Virus record (IMG/VR): IMGVR_UViG_3300005670_000019
Length of the DNA stretch: 64,000 nt
Source: a virus
Taxonomy: Duplodnaviria > Caudoviricetes
Direction: 5' to 3' (one strand)
The translations under genes were made by a program, and so were the position numbers. The notes below the pieces were generated by a model. The model was not told the origin of the DNA. It was given only the letters and a program-made list of their open reading frames with translations, and searched no databases. Shown in pieces: positions 9,067 to 18,133 of this stretch. Numbering within the stretch: position 1 is the stretch's first letter; each line of letters starts with the position of its first letter.

Positions 9067-9295
9067 TTTCAAACTCCTCTTCAGAAAGGCGACCGCACTC
9101 TGTCGTGATCAAATCACCTGAATGATAGTTGAACTTTACAGCAGTAATTGGTCCACTTTCTTCACTCTCGCGACATTCCATCCAATTCCAATAATCTTGC
9201 TCGCCTTGTCCATCCAACCAAGACTTGAAATGTTTCAAGGCTTTTTTGTTGTCAAAACTAATCACAAGTTCATGAACTTTCTTTTTATCACTCAT
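9059..9295 (-). CDS. hypothetical protein
   Basis: GAGG RBS; coupled to neighbours. Confidence 0.6.
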   Translation of the reverse strand: MSDKKKVHELVISFDNKKALKHFKSWLDGQGEQDYWNWMECRESEESGPITAVKFNYHSGDLITTECGRLSEEEFEND

Positions 9296-9533
9296 TTGGT
9301 TCCTCGCGAAGTTTTGCAGCAGCGATAATCAAAGCTTGCCCAAACTTTTCAAGGTGATCAGGCGTCATCATAGCAAACTCATATGTATGTTGCGAGTATC
9401 CATGATAACCTTCAGAAATCTTCAAAGTGGGTATGTTATCCCCTTCTTTGGAAACTTCCATTATCAAACCACCATTATCAACATGTTGATAATATCTTCC
9501 GTAAACTACTTTATTCATTGTTTCATCTCTCAT
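9288..9533 (-). CDS. hypothetical protein
   Basis: Coupled ORF. Confidence 0.55.
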   Translation of the reverse strand: MRDETMNKVVYGRYYQHVDNGGLIMEVSKEGDNIPTLKISEGYHGYSQHTYEFAMMTPDHLEKFGQALIIAAAKLREEPNE

Positions 9534-9536
9534 TCT

Positions 9537-9803
9537 TCAATCAAGGTCGTCCCAGTTGTCTTCATCTATTCCCCAAAGAGGAGAAGGAGAATAATCCTCA
9601 TTGAAGTATTTCTTTTTGTAATACTTCATTGCATTCGTCCATGACGTAGCTTCAAACTCTTCAAGAATTTCTCCGCCGTTTTCAGCGAGTTCTTTTAGAA
9701 CGTATTCTTCTTGTTCTTTTAGAGTGCAGCAATAACTTCTTCCAACAGTGCCACAACCGGAGCGGTGACCAAGAACAACAAGAGTTTTTGTTTTACTGCT
9801 CAT
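9537..9803 (-). CDS. hypothetical protein
   Basis: GAGG RBS before MSSKTK. Confidence 0.55.
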   Translation of the reverse strand: MSSKTKTLVVLGHRSGCGTVGRSYCCTLKEQEEYVLKELAENGGEILEEFEATSWTNAMKYYKKKYFNEDYSPSPLWGIDEDNWDDLD

Positions 9804-10176
9804 CAGTTTCCTCTTCAAACTCTTCGTTAGGTTCTTCAAGAACTTCTTTGTGAAGGTCAAAGATCAACACAGAATAATCATCACTTATGAAAACTGCGAT
9901 TTTTAGACTGGACTCTGGTTTAGGTTTCAGATAGGAAATTATTCCTTCTTCGGAATAGACAGAATCAAACTGAAACTTTTGAGTTTGTTTCTTATTCTTC
10001 CAGTAGCCCTTATATTCAAGTAGTTCGTGCCTGTCCAAAGAGAAATAAACCTCTCCCTTTTCGGGATCAAGAAACCACCAACGATCGTTCATTACAACAT
10101 AAACTTGAGTCTGTGGTGTTGGAGGGTTTACCTCATCTTTTTGTTCCCAAATAGAATCGCCAATCGCTGTCTTCAT
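9793..10176 (-). CDS. hypothetical protein
   Basis: 127-aa ORF with acidic tail. Confidence 0.55.
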   Translation of the reverse strand: MKTAIGDSIWEQKDEVNPPTPQTQVYVVMNDRWWFLDPEKGEVYFSLDRHELLEYKGYWKNKKQTQKFQFDSVYSEEGIISYLKPKPESSLKIAVFISDDYSVLIFDLHKEVLEEPNEEFEEETDEQ

Positions 10177-10184
10177 AACTTACA

Positions 10185-10586
10185 TTACCACTTCTTGTGG
10201 CGATTTTCAACAAAAATTTGATAGGACTTATCGAATTTGGATTTTAGAAAATCTAAAGGACTTTGAATGAAAGAAAGAAGTTTGTACTTGACAGTTCTAT
10301 TATCCTTGTTCTTTTTTATTTCTAAAAAGTTCTCTCTTCTCAAGATTTCCCATTCATTCTCAAGAACCTTTACAGCAGCTTTACTTTGTGCTGAGGCATG
10401 TTGAGCTCGGAACCATTCAAGTTCCGCCAAGTTTCTTTCAAGTTGAGAAGCTGTTGACGATGAAGCCTTCATGGCAGCTACAAATCTCTTTTGAGCCTTT
10501 GTAACTTGCTCTTTATGCTTTCTTCTAAGCATCCTAGCACTCTTTAGTTGTTGAAGAGTGCTATCATATGGTGAAAAGTATTTCAC
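10185..10586 (-). CDS. hypothetical coiled-coil protein
   Basis: 133-aa ORF. Confidence 0.55.
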   Translation of the reverse strand: MKYFSPYDSTLQQLKSARMLRRKHKEQVTKAQKRFVAAMKASSSTASQLERNLAELEWFRAQHASAQSKAAVKVLENEWEILRRENFLEIKKNKDNRTVKYKLLSFIQSPLDFLKSKFDKSYQIFVENRHKKW

Positions 10587-11608
10587 TTCTTGTTAGAAAC
10601 GGCGGCTCCACCAAGCTTTGCAAGGTTCTCAAAAAGAGGACGAAGCTGCTGGAGACGTGGCTGAATAACGTCACGTGAACTTGCTTCGATTTGCATTTCG
10701 CAAGCCGCAGCGACACCATCGCCATAAGGAACATCAAAGTTCTCTGTCGCAGCGTGAAGCAAAGTTGCCATGACCATCTTTGCGATCTCATTCTTTACAG
10801 GATCTCCCTTATCTGTAAAGTCGTATCCAGTAAGCTCGCGAGCAAAAGTCAAAAGAGTTTCACCAATCTCATCCACGGCGGCAACCTTCGCACCATGTGT
10901 TGCGGCGCGCCTTGCCATTTGAACGGTTCCAGAAACAGTCTTTTCCTTGGTTGTTTTTGCGGTTGTCATTTTCTTTTCTTCTTTCGTTTTTGTAATGGTC
11001 TTTGTTTTGGTGTCTGATTCCGACTTTTCAGTCGGTTGATTTTTTGTTAAATCAACCCTTGATTTGTGAGGAACATAAAAAGCATTGGTTGCAACTCTAC
11101 AAATTTTGGTAATTCCAGTGTAGGCGCGGGAGGTTGAAATACAGTGCGCGTGATACTTGCTTTCAAGAAACTCTGCCTCTCTGTGAGAAATGAGGAAGTA
11201 TCCTTCTTGAATGCTTTCAAAATTTCTCATTCTCTGAGTTCCGTCAGATTTTGTAAATCCTTGAAATTTTAGACGATAGAGTGAAAAATTTTGATATAGA
11301 GTTTCTGTAAATCCTGAGATTTGATAGGCGGCACCATTCAGAATGATTTTAATGCGTTCATGATTCAAAACTTGTTTGAATGATGGGTTTTTATTTTTTC
11401 TAGAACCGATAAGAAGTCTGCAAAGTGTTCCGTCCAGTTCTTCTACAAAGAACGATTTAGGATCTGGTTCTGAATCTAACTTTAGCTTTCTGATCTCATT
11501 ACTGAGCAAAAAGTTTTCTAAGTAAAACTCATTTACAGGACGCGGTTCGGTGTAGTAGTTAGGGTCACTGTTAGTACGAATTGATAAAGCTTCCATTGTT
11601 TCTTTCAA
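10583..11608 (-). CDS. hypothetical protein (possible internal start at MTTAK)
   Basis: 341-aa ORF; T/K-rich linker followed by a GC-richer C-terminal domain. Confidence 0.6.
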   Translation of the reverse strand: MKETMEALSIRTNSDPNYYTEPRPVNEFYLENFLLSNEIRKLKLDSEPDPKSFFVEELDGTLCRLLIGSRKNKNPSFKQVLNHERIKIILNGAAYQISGFTETLYQNFSLYRLKFQGFTKSDGTQRMRNFESIQEGYFLISHREAEFLESKYHAHCISTSRAYTGITKICRVATNAFYVPHKSRVDLTKNQPTEKSESDTKTKTITKTKEEKKMTTAKTTKEKTVSGTVQMARRAATHGAKVAAVDEIGETLLTFARELTGYDFTDKGDPVKNEIAKMVMATLLHAATENFDVPYGDGVAAACEMQIEASSRDVIQPRLQQLRPLFENLAKLGGAAVSNKK

Positions 11609-11937
11609 AGCTTATACGTTTTCCAAAGACTGGAAATAGGATTGAAGACATAGAGATATTGACAACCATAATCTCTTGATTTCGATTTGAGTTCTGTTAG
11701 AGAAGATGTTTTTACAATGTCCAACTCTTCCCCTCGTGAAGTATAAAACTCACACAATGCTACATCTTTTGCAAGAGTTGACATTCCACCTCTTGAAATA
11801 AGATTGTTTACCTTTGGTAAGTCAGTGTAATACTCTCGAAGAGTTGCTCCAACTCCTTCGGGGTATCCATCAAAATGACAGTAAACGCTCAGGTAGAATG
11901 AGCCTTCCTTCATTGCAATCATTGATCTTGTTGCCAT
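11605..11937 (-). CDS. conserved hypothetical phage protein
   Basis: MATRSMI...YCHFDGYPEGVG motif, typical of phage accessory genes. Confidence 0.7.
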   Translation of the reverse strand: MATRSMIAMKEGSFYLSVYCHFDGYPEGVGATLREYYTDLPKVNNLISRGGMSTLAKDVALCEFYTSRGEELDIVKTSSLTELKSKSRDYGCQYLYVFNPISSLWKTYKL

Positions 11938-11988
11938 AGTTTCAATCTATCGGAAAAGGGAATATCATTCAATTCAATGAGAAAAATT

Positions 11989-12080
11989 TGGCGGTAGACA
12001 GAGGAATCGAACCCCATGGGCTTTTACACCACATCAACCGCTTTCCAGGCGGCGCCCTTCACCATCAGGGAATATCTACC
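11989..12080 (-). tRNA. tRNA-Ser(GGA)
   Basis: GCCGC-CTGGAAA-GCGGT; long variable arm; G73; CCA. Confidence 0.92.
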
Positions 12081-12091
12081 ATTCATTGATT

Positions 12092-12331
12092 CTACCTTTG
12101 AGTGGGGAGTATAATTTCTAGCTCGTTTTCATGCCCATAAAAAGGGAAAGACTCAATATCTCCAACTTCAACCCAAGACCAGTTTTCCCCGTTGCTTATT
12201 TTGGTTACCTTGATATGAATAAAGCCATGATTGGAATTGTCATATCCTTCTAGGATATTTGTAATAATTCCTTCCAGCCCTTCTATCAACTTACCTTTAG
12301 AACGAACATAATCACCAATTGATATACTCAT
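12092..12331 (-). CDS. hypothetical protein
   Basis: 79-aa ORF. Confidence 0.5.
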   Translation of the reverse strand: MSISIGDYVRSKGKLIEGLEGIITNILEGYDNSNHGFIHIKVTKISNGENWSWVEVGDIESFPFYGHENELEIILPTQR

Positions 12332-12334
12332 TTT

Positions 12335-12563
12335 TCAAACCTGCTGCTAAAAAGAAGACACTTATCCTTGCAAAGACTGATACCATTTTCTAAACGTATC
12401 CGCCATTTGGAAGGTCATTTCTATTTGTGATGTGGTGAGCATCAAGAATATCTTCTGGAGAGCTTGGAGACGCCTTTTTGCCACAGCAAACGCACTTGTA
12501 TCCGTCTCTCTTGAAGACGGAATCCCGGAAAACTTGACGAACCTTTTTCTTATTTGAACTCAC
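12335..12563 (-). pseudogene. frameshifted HNH endonuclease remnant
   Basis: VFKRDGYKCVCCG...LDAHHI...GGYV*, then ENGISLCKDKC in another frame. Confidence 0.7.
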
Positions 12564-12570
12564 AAGATTT

Positions 12571-12846
12571 TCAAGTATTTGGATATGACATTTTCAGAAT
12601 ATTCATCCAAACATTCATTTCAATATCACCAGCTTCAATGACAGGCTTTGAGAAAGCTCTTTGAATTTCTTCAACTTCTATCTTGAGCTCTTCAGGAGAA
12701 AAGTCCTCAAGAGAAAATGAAGAATAGCCCTCAATGTTCCCATTCCTGTCATAGTAAACTTCATAAATACCATGCAAACCGTCCTTGTTTACAACGCGAT
12801 AGTCCCAACAAGAAAGGTCTTTGTTTTTTTCTTTACGTTCAGTCAT
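12571..12846 (-). CDS. hypothetical phage protein
   Basis: WDYRVV...GIYEVYYD motif. Confidence 0.6.
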   Translation of the reverse strand: MTERKEKNKDLSCWDYRVVNKDGLHGIYEVYYDRNGNIEGYSSFSLEDFSPEELKIEVEEIQRAFSKPVIEAGDIEMNVWMNILKMSYPNT

Positions 12847-13013
12847 GGTCCTCAATAACTTGAGCTTGTTTTAGAATTTCTAAGTCATTACATATGACTT
12901 TATAAAAATCATGATAAGATTGGAAGTTCTTGAAAAGAAAGAAAACGTCTTCCATGGCTTTCTTCAAAGCAAGAACACGTTGAATGTCTTCTCGAACTTT
13001 ATTCTTCACAGCT

Positions 13014-13382
13014 TCAACCCGGAATGTTCATTTTTGCAAATCTCTTTGCAACATCTTCTCTCAAAATCTTTCCATATTCCAAAAGAATTTTTGCTTCTTC
13101 TTTTGTTGGAATGGTTGAAGTTTTTTGAGGAGTTGTGCTGTATCTTATTGTACAATAGTAAGTCATCCAGACAGCACCTTGCCAGAAAACCCTAACAAAA
13201 TTTATTCCGTCTTTCTTGAACTTCTTTGAAACAACTAGAAGAATTTCACCAACAGATGGTTGCAAAAACCTGTCTCCAAGTTTCATTTCCTTGGAAAGGA
13301 AAACAGGAGAATTGATGCCTTTTCCTTTGTTATCAACAACAACAAAGGTTCCTGGCATGATCTGTTCTTTTGGGGTTGACAT
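13014..13382 (-). CDS. hypothetical protein
   Basis: 122-aa ORF. Confidence 0.55.
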   Translation of the reverse strand: MSTPKEQIMPGTFVVVDNKGKGINSPVFLSKEMKLGDRFLQPSVGEILLVVSKKFKKDGINFVRVFWQGAVWMTYYCTIRYSTTPQKTSTIPTKEEAKILLEYGKILREDVAKRFAKMNIPG

Positions 13383-13397
13383 ACGTTTCTCAAAGTT

Positions 13398-13488
13398 TGG
13401 AGGAAAGCACAGGGATCGAACCTGATCCGGTTATTAGCCGAACGTTCAGTTTAGCAAACTGTCCCAAGTCCAACTTGGTTTACTTTCC
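13398..13488 (-). tRNA. tRNA-Ser(GCT)
   Basis: CAGT-TTGCTAA-ACTG; long variable arm; CCA. Confidence 0.9.
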
Positions 13489-13690
13489 ATTAGATGCTAC
13501 TCGAAGCTGAGTTCTGTCTCTTTTATAAAGGCTCTGTTACCGCGTTTTGTTTCAATTCGAAGAATTCTTTCTGCCTTTTCTCGCGAATGAACAAGAAAGC
13601 TAAACCTTAGCTGAGGTACATAGTTGCATTCGGTGTTTAGAAACTCGCCCTTTTCATTGACAATGACAAAAACTTTTATCTTGTTTCCCA

Positions 13691-14062
13691 TTAGATTTTC
13701 TTTAGCTCTTTTGATCTGAATCGTTCGTGGAATCCCTCCAAATTCAAGCTTGAATTGGATTTGGTTATAAGAACTTCTACAATGTCATGAACATCCTGAG
13801 AACTTTGTGGATACAAAATTTTTGTAACAATACCTTCTGATCCTTGTTGATTTGAAACCTTGTCTCCAATTTCAAGAGAAGTCAAAAACAACAAGCGTTT
13901 TTTATGTTCTGTTAGTTCTCGTGCATCAGAATGATAGTTTTCACTCTTTTGCTTTTTTCCATCTTCCCAGGCTTTATCACCCATTTGTCGACAAACAGCA
14001 ATCTGCTCGTCAAGCTTTTCTATGAAAATTTGAAGTTTTTTATTTATTGCTTCGGAAGGCAT
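13691..14062 (-). CDS. hypothetical protein
   Basis: 123-aa ORF; C-terminus loosely resembles ORF 12092-12331 (IGD.V...EGI.T.IL). Confidence 0.55.
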   Translation of the reverse strand: MPSEAINKKLQIFIEKLDEQIAVCRQMGDKAWEDGKKQKSENYHSDARELTEHKKRLLFLTSLEIGDKVSNQQGSEGIVTKILYPQSSQDVHDIVEVLITKSNSSLNLEGFHERFRSKELKKI

Positions 14063-14070
14063 AATCTATT

Positions 14071-14113
14071 TGGTGCTCAGGGCGGGATTCGAACCCGCAA
14101 GCCGTTTATAGGC
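14071..14113 (-). pseudogene. 3' half of an interrupted tRNA-Leu
   Basis: Variable arm GCC-TATAAAC-GGC, T arm GCGGGTTCGAATCCCGC, CCTGAGC-A-CCA; pairs with GCTCAGG at 14680-14674. Confidence 0.88.
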
Positions 14114-14119
14114 ATAAAT

Positions 14120-14206
14120 TGGTACCGAGAACAGGATTTGAACCTGCACCCACGTAAAGTGGACAACGCTCTCAACGTTGCGGGTCTGCCATTCCCCCAC
14201 CTCGGC
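14120..14206 (-). tRNA. tRNA-Leu(GAG)
   Basis: CAACG-TTGAGAG-CGTTG; long variable arm; A73; CCA. Confidence 0.92.
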
Positions 14207-14660
14207 ATTTTTTGTTTTTACGACCTCTCCAACCATCGGTTTGACTATGACAGTTAGGACATAGTAACCTTAGATTTGAAAGATTGTTATTTTTCCTATT
14301 TCCATCGATATGATCTAATTCCAATACTATTTTTTGATTATTCCACAAATCCAAAGAACACATTGCGCATTTATAATGCAACAATTTTTCCTTCAAAAGC
14401 CTCTTTTTTAGATTATCTGATTTGACAAAATGTTTATTTGACAAAATCTCGTCTAGAGAAATTTTATTGTGTGGAGACTTCCCAAGATTTGAACCTTTTC
14501 CCAAGAAATGGGAAATGTCAATATTCCAATTTGATATCCATTTTGTTATGGTGGTATAATTTCCACCAGATTCGTTCATATTCATCTTGAATATGACTTG
14601 TCGGAGTGACGTGGAACTTTTCACACATTCCTCAAGTTTTTCTTTTGAGAATTTCGGCAT
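14172..14660 (-). CDS. HNH endonuclease
   Basis: CAMC...LELDHIDGNRKNNNLSNLRLLCPNCHSQT; stop codon inside the tRNA-Leu anticodon loop. Confidence 0.92.
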   Translation of the reverse strand: MPKFSKEKLEECVKSSTSLRQVIFKMNMNESGGNYTTITKWISNWNIDISHFLGKGSNLGKSPHNKISLDEILSNKHFVKSDNLKKRLLKEKLLHYKCAMCSLDLWNNQKIVLELDHIDGNRKNNNLSNLRLLCPNCHSQTDGWRGRKNKKCRGGGMADPQR

Positions 14661-14680
14661 TCCAGTTCCACCACCTGAGC
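14661..14680 (-). pseudogene. 5' part of an interrupted tRNA-Leu
   Basis: GCTCAGG-TG-GTGGAACTGGA fused directly to the HNH ATG. Confidence 0.85.
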
Positions 14681-14695
14681 GTAACTTCTATTCTC

Positions 14696-14724
14696 ACTAT
14701 AGACGATTTCTCGTCAGATTTCAA
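14696..14724 (-). promoter_or_regulatory. sigma70-like promoter
   Basis: TTGAAA-N17-TATAGT. Confidence 0.7.
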
Positions 14725-14893
14725 GACGAAACAGCTAGTTTTAGCCTCTCATTGAGAGAAAGCGTACCATCATCTAAGAGTTCTTGAGTGGCAATTCGAG
14801 CTTCTCTTTCTTCGTTCCTAAAGGCTTTTTCCATTTGCCTTGGGGAGCGAGGACCATGGTCCCTTATGTAAGCTACGATTTTTTCTCTCATGT

Positions 14894-15208
14894 TCATTCT
14901 ACTACCCGACCCTGCCCCATACCGGGCTGATAAGACACATCCTGTGCTGGTATACGATGTTGAGGATATAGAACTTTTTCTAAGCGATATCCACCACGAC
15001 CGTTGCGTCCTTTCCAACTTTCCCAAACAACGCAAACAAGTTCATTTTCAAATGCACATTTGTCTTTCTTTATATAAAAGACATTTGTTTGAGCGGACGG
15101 AAAGGGCGCCAAAATCTTGTTGTTGACTTTACCAACAGAAATTAGTGTTCCCTTGATCCAGTTGTAATCATGGAGAAAGTAAATTGTTTTATTCAATGCC
15201 ATACTCAC
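14894..15208 (-). CDS. hypothetical protein
   Basis: 104-aa ORF; VVWESWKGRNGRGGYR. Confidence 0.6.
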   Translation of the reverse strand: MSMALNKTIYFLHDYNWIKGTLISVGKVNNKILAPFPSAQTNVFYIKKDKCAFENELVCVVWESWKGRNGRGGYRLEKVLYPQHRIPAQDVSYQPGMGQGRVVE

Positions 15209-15222
15209 AACTCAATGATTTG

Positions 15223-15294
15223 TGGCTCTGGAAGGACTCGAACCTTACGAGGTGTCGCGTATGAAACGAACCTACATATCCAATGTGCAGAGCC
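15223..15294 (-). tRNA. atypical tRNA(CAT), Met or Ile2
   Basis: Acceptor GGCTCTG/CAGAGCC, loop TTCATAC, canonical T arm; aberrant D arm; no CCA. Confidence 0.6.
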
Positions 15295-15583
15295 ATGTTT
15301 TATCATGGAAATCCTAAACAACCCCAAACACACAAGATAAAGATTATCAAGATGCCTAGAAAGTTTATAAGAGAAGGAGAACCGTCGGGTGGTTCATATT
15401 TCATCGAAGGCATTGCTCTATCTTTTCTTGAAAATAGAAAGTGTTTCAATCTCTTCTTCGAGCTTTTTCTTGATTTTTTTGTCTTCGTCAGACAAACCGA
15501 CTTCGATATCCCAAGCATAAGCCCATTTGAGAATGCGTTCTATTTCTTTGGAGGTCAAAATCATATTTATTTTCTAAAAAAGA

Positions 15584-15673
15584 TGGAGGAAGGTAGAGGA
15601 ATCGAACCCCCGCCGCTTATTAGGCGGCGCGACCGCTTTCGAGGCGGCTTGTGCGCCATGCACCGTACCTTCC
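15584..15673 (-). tRNA. tRNA-Ser(CGA)
   Basis: GCCGC-CTCGAAA-GCGGT; long variable arm; CCA. Confidence 0.9.
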
Positions 15674-15701
15674 AAAGAAGAGGAAACACTCCTCTTCAAA
15701 C

Positions 15702-16289
15702 TCATTCAACAACAGAAGCCAGGGACTTTTCAATCTTTCTACGTTCCTTCCAGATCCAAGGATCTACAAGAACTTCGTGATGCGTCAACATTCCAGCAAT
15801 TTCTGCTGGAAGGCTGCCAGATGCAGCAAGGTGCAACAAATATTGTCTTTGTTCACCAGAATAACAAAAGACCTTTCCAAAATGCTCAAGGTCAAAAGGA
15901 ATGATCGAAATCAAAAACTTCTTTTGATCCTCTTGAAACCATCGCATGAAAGGAGAGAGATAGTTGAAAGTCCAACTATCCGTCTCACGAAACTCACAAA
16001 CACGAGCTGAATAAAAAGCAGAAACTTCTGCAAGATATTCTCGCAAAAGCGAGGCACGTTCGAGGTCACGCAGTCCCTTCTCATGAGACGTAGTATTTAC
16101 TCGACGCATTCCTCGGCAATGAAAGAAGTTTTCTGCCTTATGCAACTTGACATACTCAGGCATTTCTTCGAAACGAGAAAGTTCTTCATCCGTTAGATTC
16201 TGGTTCTTTAGAACCAGTTTATCAAACGACCGAATGGTTTCGATCATTTCTTGCTCGGTCGGAATCCACTTTTGCTTCTTCTGTCGCAT
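15702..16289 (-). CDS. hypothetical protein
   Basis: 195-aa ORF downstream of a TTGAAA/TATAGT promoter (16296-16323). Confidence 0.65.
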   Translation of the reverse strand: MRQKKQKWIPTEQEMIETIRSFDKLVLKNQNLTDEELSRFEEMPEYVKLHKAENFFHCRGMRRVNTTSHEKGLRDLERASLLREYLAEVSAFYSARVCEFRETDSWTFNYLSPFMRWFQEDQKKFLISIIPFDLEHFGKVFCYSGEQRQYLLHLAASGSLPAEIAGMLTHHEVLVDPWIWKERRKIEKSLASVVE

Positions 16290-16330
16290 ACCTTCACTAT
16301 ATCAGGTTTTGGGGGATTTTCAAGAAACGT

Positions 16331-16405
16331 TGGAGCCCTCATCCGGACTCGAACCGGAATTACTCCCTTACCAAGGGAGGGTAATAACCTTTATACTATG
16401 AAGGC
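16331..16405 (-). tRNA. tRNA-Thr(GGT)
   Basis: CTCCC-TTGGTAA-GGGAG; CCA. Confidence 0.92.
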
Positions 16406-16412
16406 ACTAAAT

Positions 16413-16529
16413 TGGGCGCGAGCATGGGTTTTCACCATATCTTCCCCTTCAAGCTTGGGGACGTGCTCCACTAATATTCAACAAAGCTCATTCGTCTTTG
16501 ACTTAAATTAGGTTTTACACTAACTCGCA
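16413..16529 (-). ncRNA. tRNA-like RNA with ~50-nt D-loop hairpin (copy B)
   Basis: Acceptor stem + CCA, D stem GTGT/GCAC with insert, TCCCC-AAGCTTGAA-GGGGA, T-loop TGAAAAC. Confidence 0.75.
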
Positions 16530-16533
16530 TAAT

Positions 16534-16653
16534 TGGTGGGGCTGGAGGTTTTTCACCTCATTCATGCTCTATCGCTTAGAGCCGCACTTACATGTTGTTT
16601 CTCTAATCCATTCAGATATGAAAAACAGAAAACCTTCTTTATGCTACAGCCCC
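16534..16653 (-). ncRNA. tRNA-like RNA with ~50-nt D-loop hairpin (copy A)
   Basis: GGGGCTG/CAGCCCC-A-CCA, D stem GCAT/GTGC with insert, GCTCT-AAGCGAT-AGAGC, T-loop TGAAAAA. Confidence 0.75.
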
Positions 16654-16677
16654 CAAGAGGTAAGAAGGTAAAGAAAG

Positions 16678-16755
16678 TGGTCAGGGTGATAGGACTTGAA
16701 CCTACAACCTCTCCGATCCGAACGGAGCCATCTACCAGATTGATATTACACCCTG
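16678..16755 (-). tRNA. tRNA-Pro(CGG)
   Basis: CTCCG-TTCGGAT-CGGAG; C1:G72, A73; CCA. Confidence 0.9.
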
Positions 16756-16860
16756 AAAGTAAGTAATCAGGATCAACAGCGCATCGCACCGACCCCTAAG
16801 ATGTGCGCCAAACTCGCCCACAACAATGACAGGGGTGTTGACTGATTACTTTTCAAACTT

Positions 16861-16935
16861 TAGCGTCTCTGGAAGGATTCGAACCTACGACCGTCAGCTT
16901 AGAAGGCTGCTGCTCTTCCTCTGAGCTACAGAGAC
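16861..16935 (-). tRNA. tRNA-Arg(TCT)
   Basis: CAGC-CTTCTAA-GCTG; 3' end reads CTA instead of CCA. Confidence 0.9.
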
Positions 16936-17179
16936 ATTGAACCCTTGTTCTCAATTAATAAGGTAAGTCTACTAATATGTTTGTAACCCCCAAGGGCTCA
17001 ACAAGTTCCCAAACATATTCCTTTGTAGTGCTCCGCGACAATAATCACTTTCCGTTTAGTGAGTAGCACTCCTCACCTAAACTAAGTCCTTTTTCTCTGT
17101 GAACTCATGAAGTCGCGAACATCACTTACCCACAGAAACTCTGCATTCGTATAGAAGTTTAGGACGAACTTCTGTACTT

Positions 17180-17255
17180 AGGCTGTAGCGGAAGGCTTCG
17201 AACCTTCATATCCTTGATTAACAGTCAAGTCTCTTACCAATTAGAGTACACTACA
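17180..17255 (-). tRNA. tRNA-Asn(GTT)
   Basis: CTTGA-CTGTTAA-TCAAG; G73; 3' end reads CCT. Confidence 0.9.
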
Positions 17256-17527
17256 ATGTTTTGTGCATCAGCCCCCGCGCTCGCAAATTGAGCTCCCACG
17301 CCATGCACTCGACCCGCCTAATATTACTTGAAATAGAAGTTCGGGTCTTACCATCTTTGTTTCCAGTTTTATCTTTCAACAAAGAAAAGAAGTAGTGGCG
17401 GTTGAGGTCGCCGCTATGCTCTTAATTTCCTCAACGTTTGAAGAACGACCAAATTAAGAAAAATCGTTCTTTTAATTTTGCGCCTCTCAGCCTTATTGCT
17501 GGTTTGCGCTGTGTAAACTATGAATTG

Positions 17528-17603
17528 TGGCGTCCACGGACGGATTCGAACCGACATTGTCCTGCTTGAAAGGCAGGTTTCCTAACCGTTAGAAGACATG
17601 GAC
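17528..17603 (-). tRNA. tRNA-Glu(TTC)
   Basis: CCTGC-CTTTCAA-GCAGG; CCA. Confidence 0.92.
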
Positions 17604-17979
17604 ATGGTGACGCCTCTCAACAGTATTGTTGGTTTGCGTCGGTGGATGATTTCCACGGTACATCATCATAATGACAGACTTCGCTGTCATTATCAAGCAA
17701 AGTTTTATGAAAACGAAACTTTGCGAAGTTAGTATTGCTCTTCCGCTACTCTGGCGAAGGAACCTTTTTATAAAAGCATTTTGTAGAAAGTTTTACTCTG
17801 TTGTCGAGTGCCACCTCGACAGCAATTAGTCTCTCATTCTACATGCTTCTTTTGTATGGGTTCGGCAAAGAAATTAATGCTTACGCGCTATAAACATTAG
17901 TCCCTTGCATATCTTTCCGGAGAAAGGACTCCTATCCAATTCTCAATCAAGATACCGAAAGAACTGGTTCAAAAAACAA

Positions 17980-18052
17980 CTACAAACAAAGGGAATCGAA
18001 CCCTCTTCTTCCGGATTGGAGTCCGGATGCACACCATTTGCATAGTTTGCAG
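17980..18052 (-). pseudogene. degenerate tRNA (Gly- or Trp-like), 6-nt anticodon loop
   Basis: CCGGA-CTCCAA-TCCGG; canonical T arm; no CCA. Confidence 0.6.
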
Positions 18053-18057
18053 CTATT

Positions 18058-18133
18058 TGGTTCAGGAGGTAGGATTCGAACCTACAACAACCAGATTCAA
18101 AGTCTGGGACTCTAACCATTGAGCTACTCCTGA
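18058..18133 (-). tRNA. tRNA-Gln(TTG)
   Basis: CCAGA-CTTTGAA-TCTGG; CCA. Confidence 0.92.

Noticed and set aside
1563-14680. Group I introns in the split Thr and Leu tRNAs
   Set aside because: The inserts are filled by an HNH ORF and a complete tRNA, with no room for an intron core, and parts of the old anticodon arms are missing.
16534-16653. tmRNA, suggested by the GGGGCTG...CCACCA ends
   Set aside because: Only 120 nt, has a D stem, and lacks both G3:U70 and a tag reading frame.
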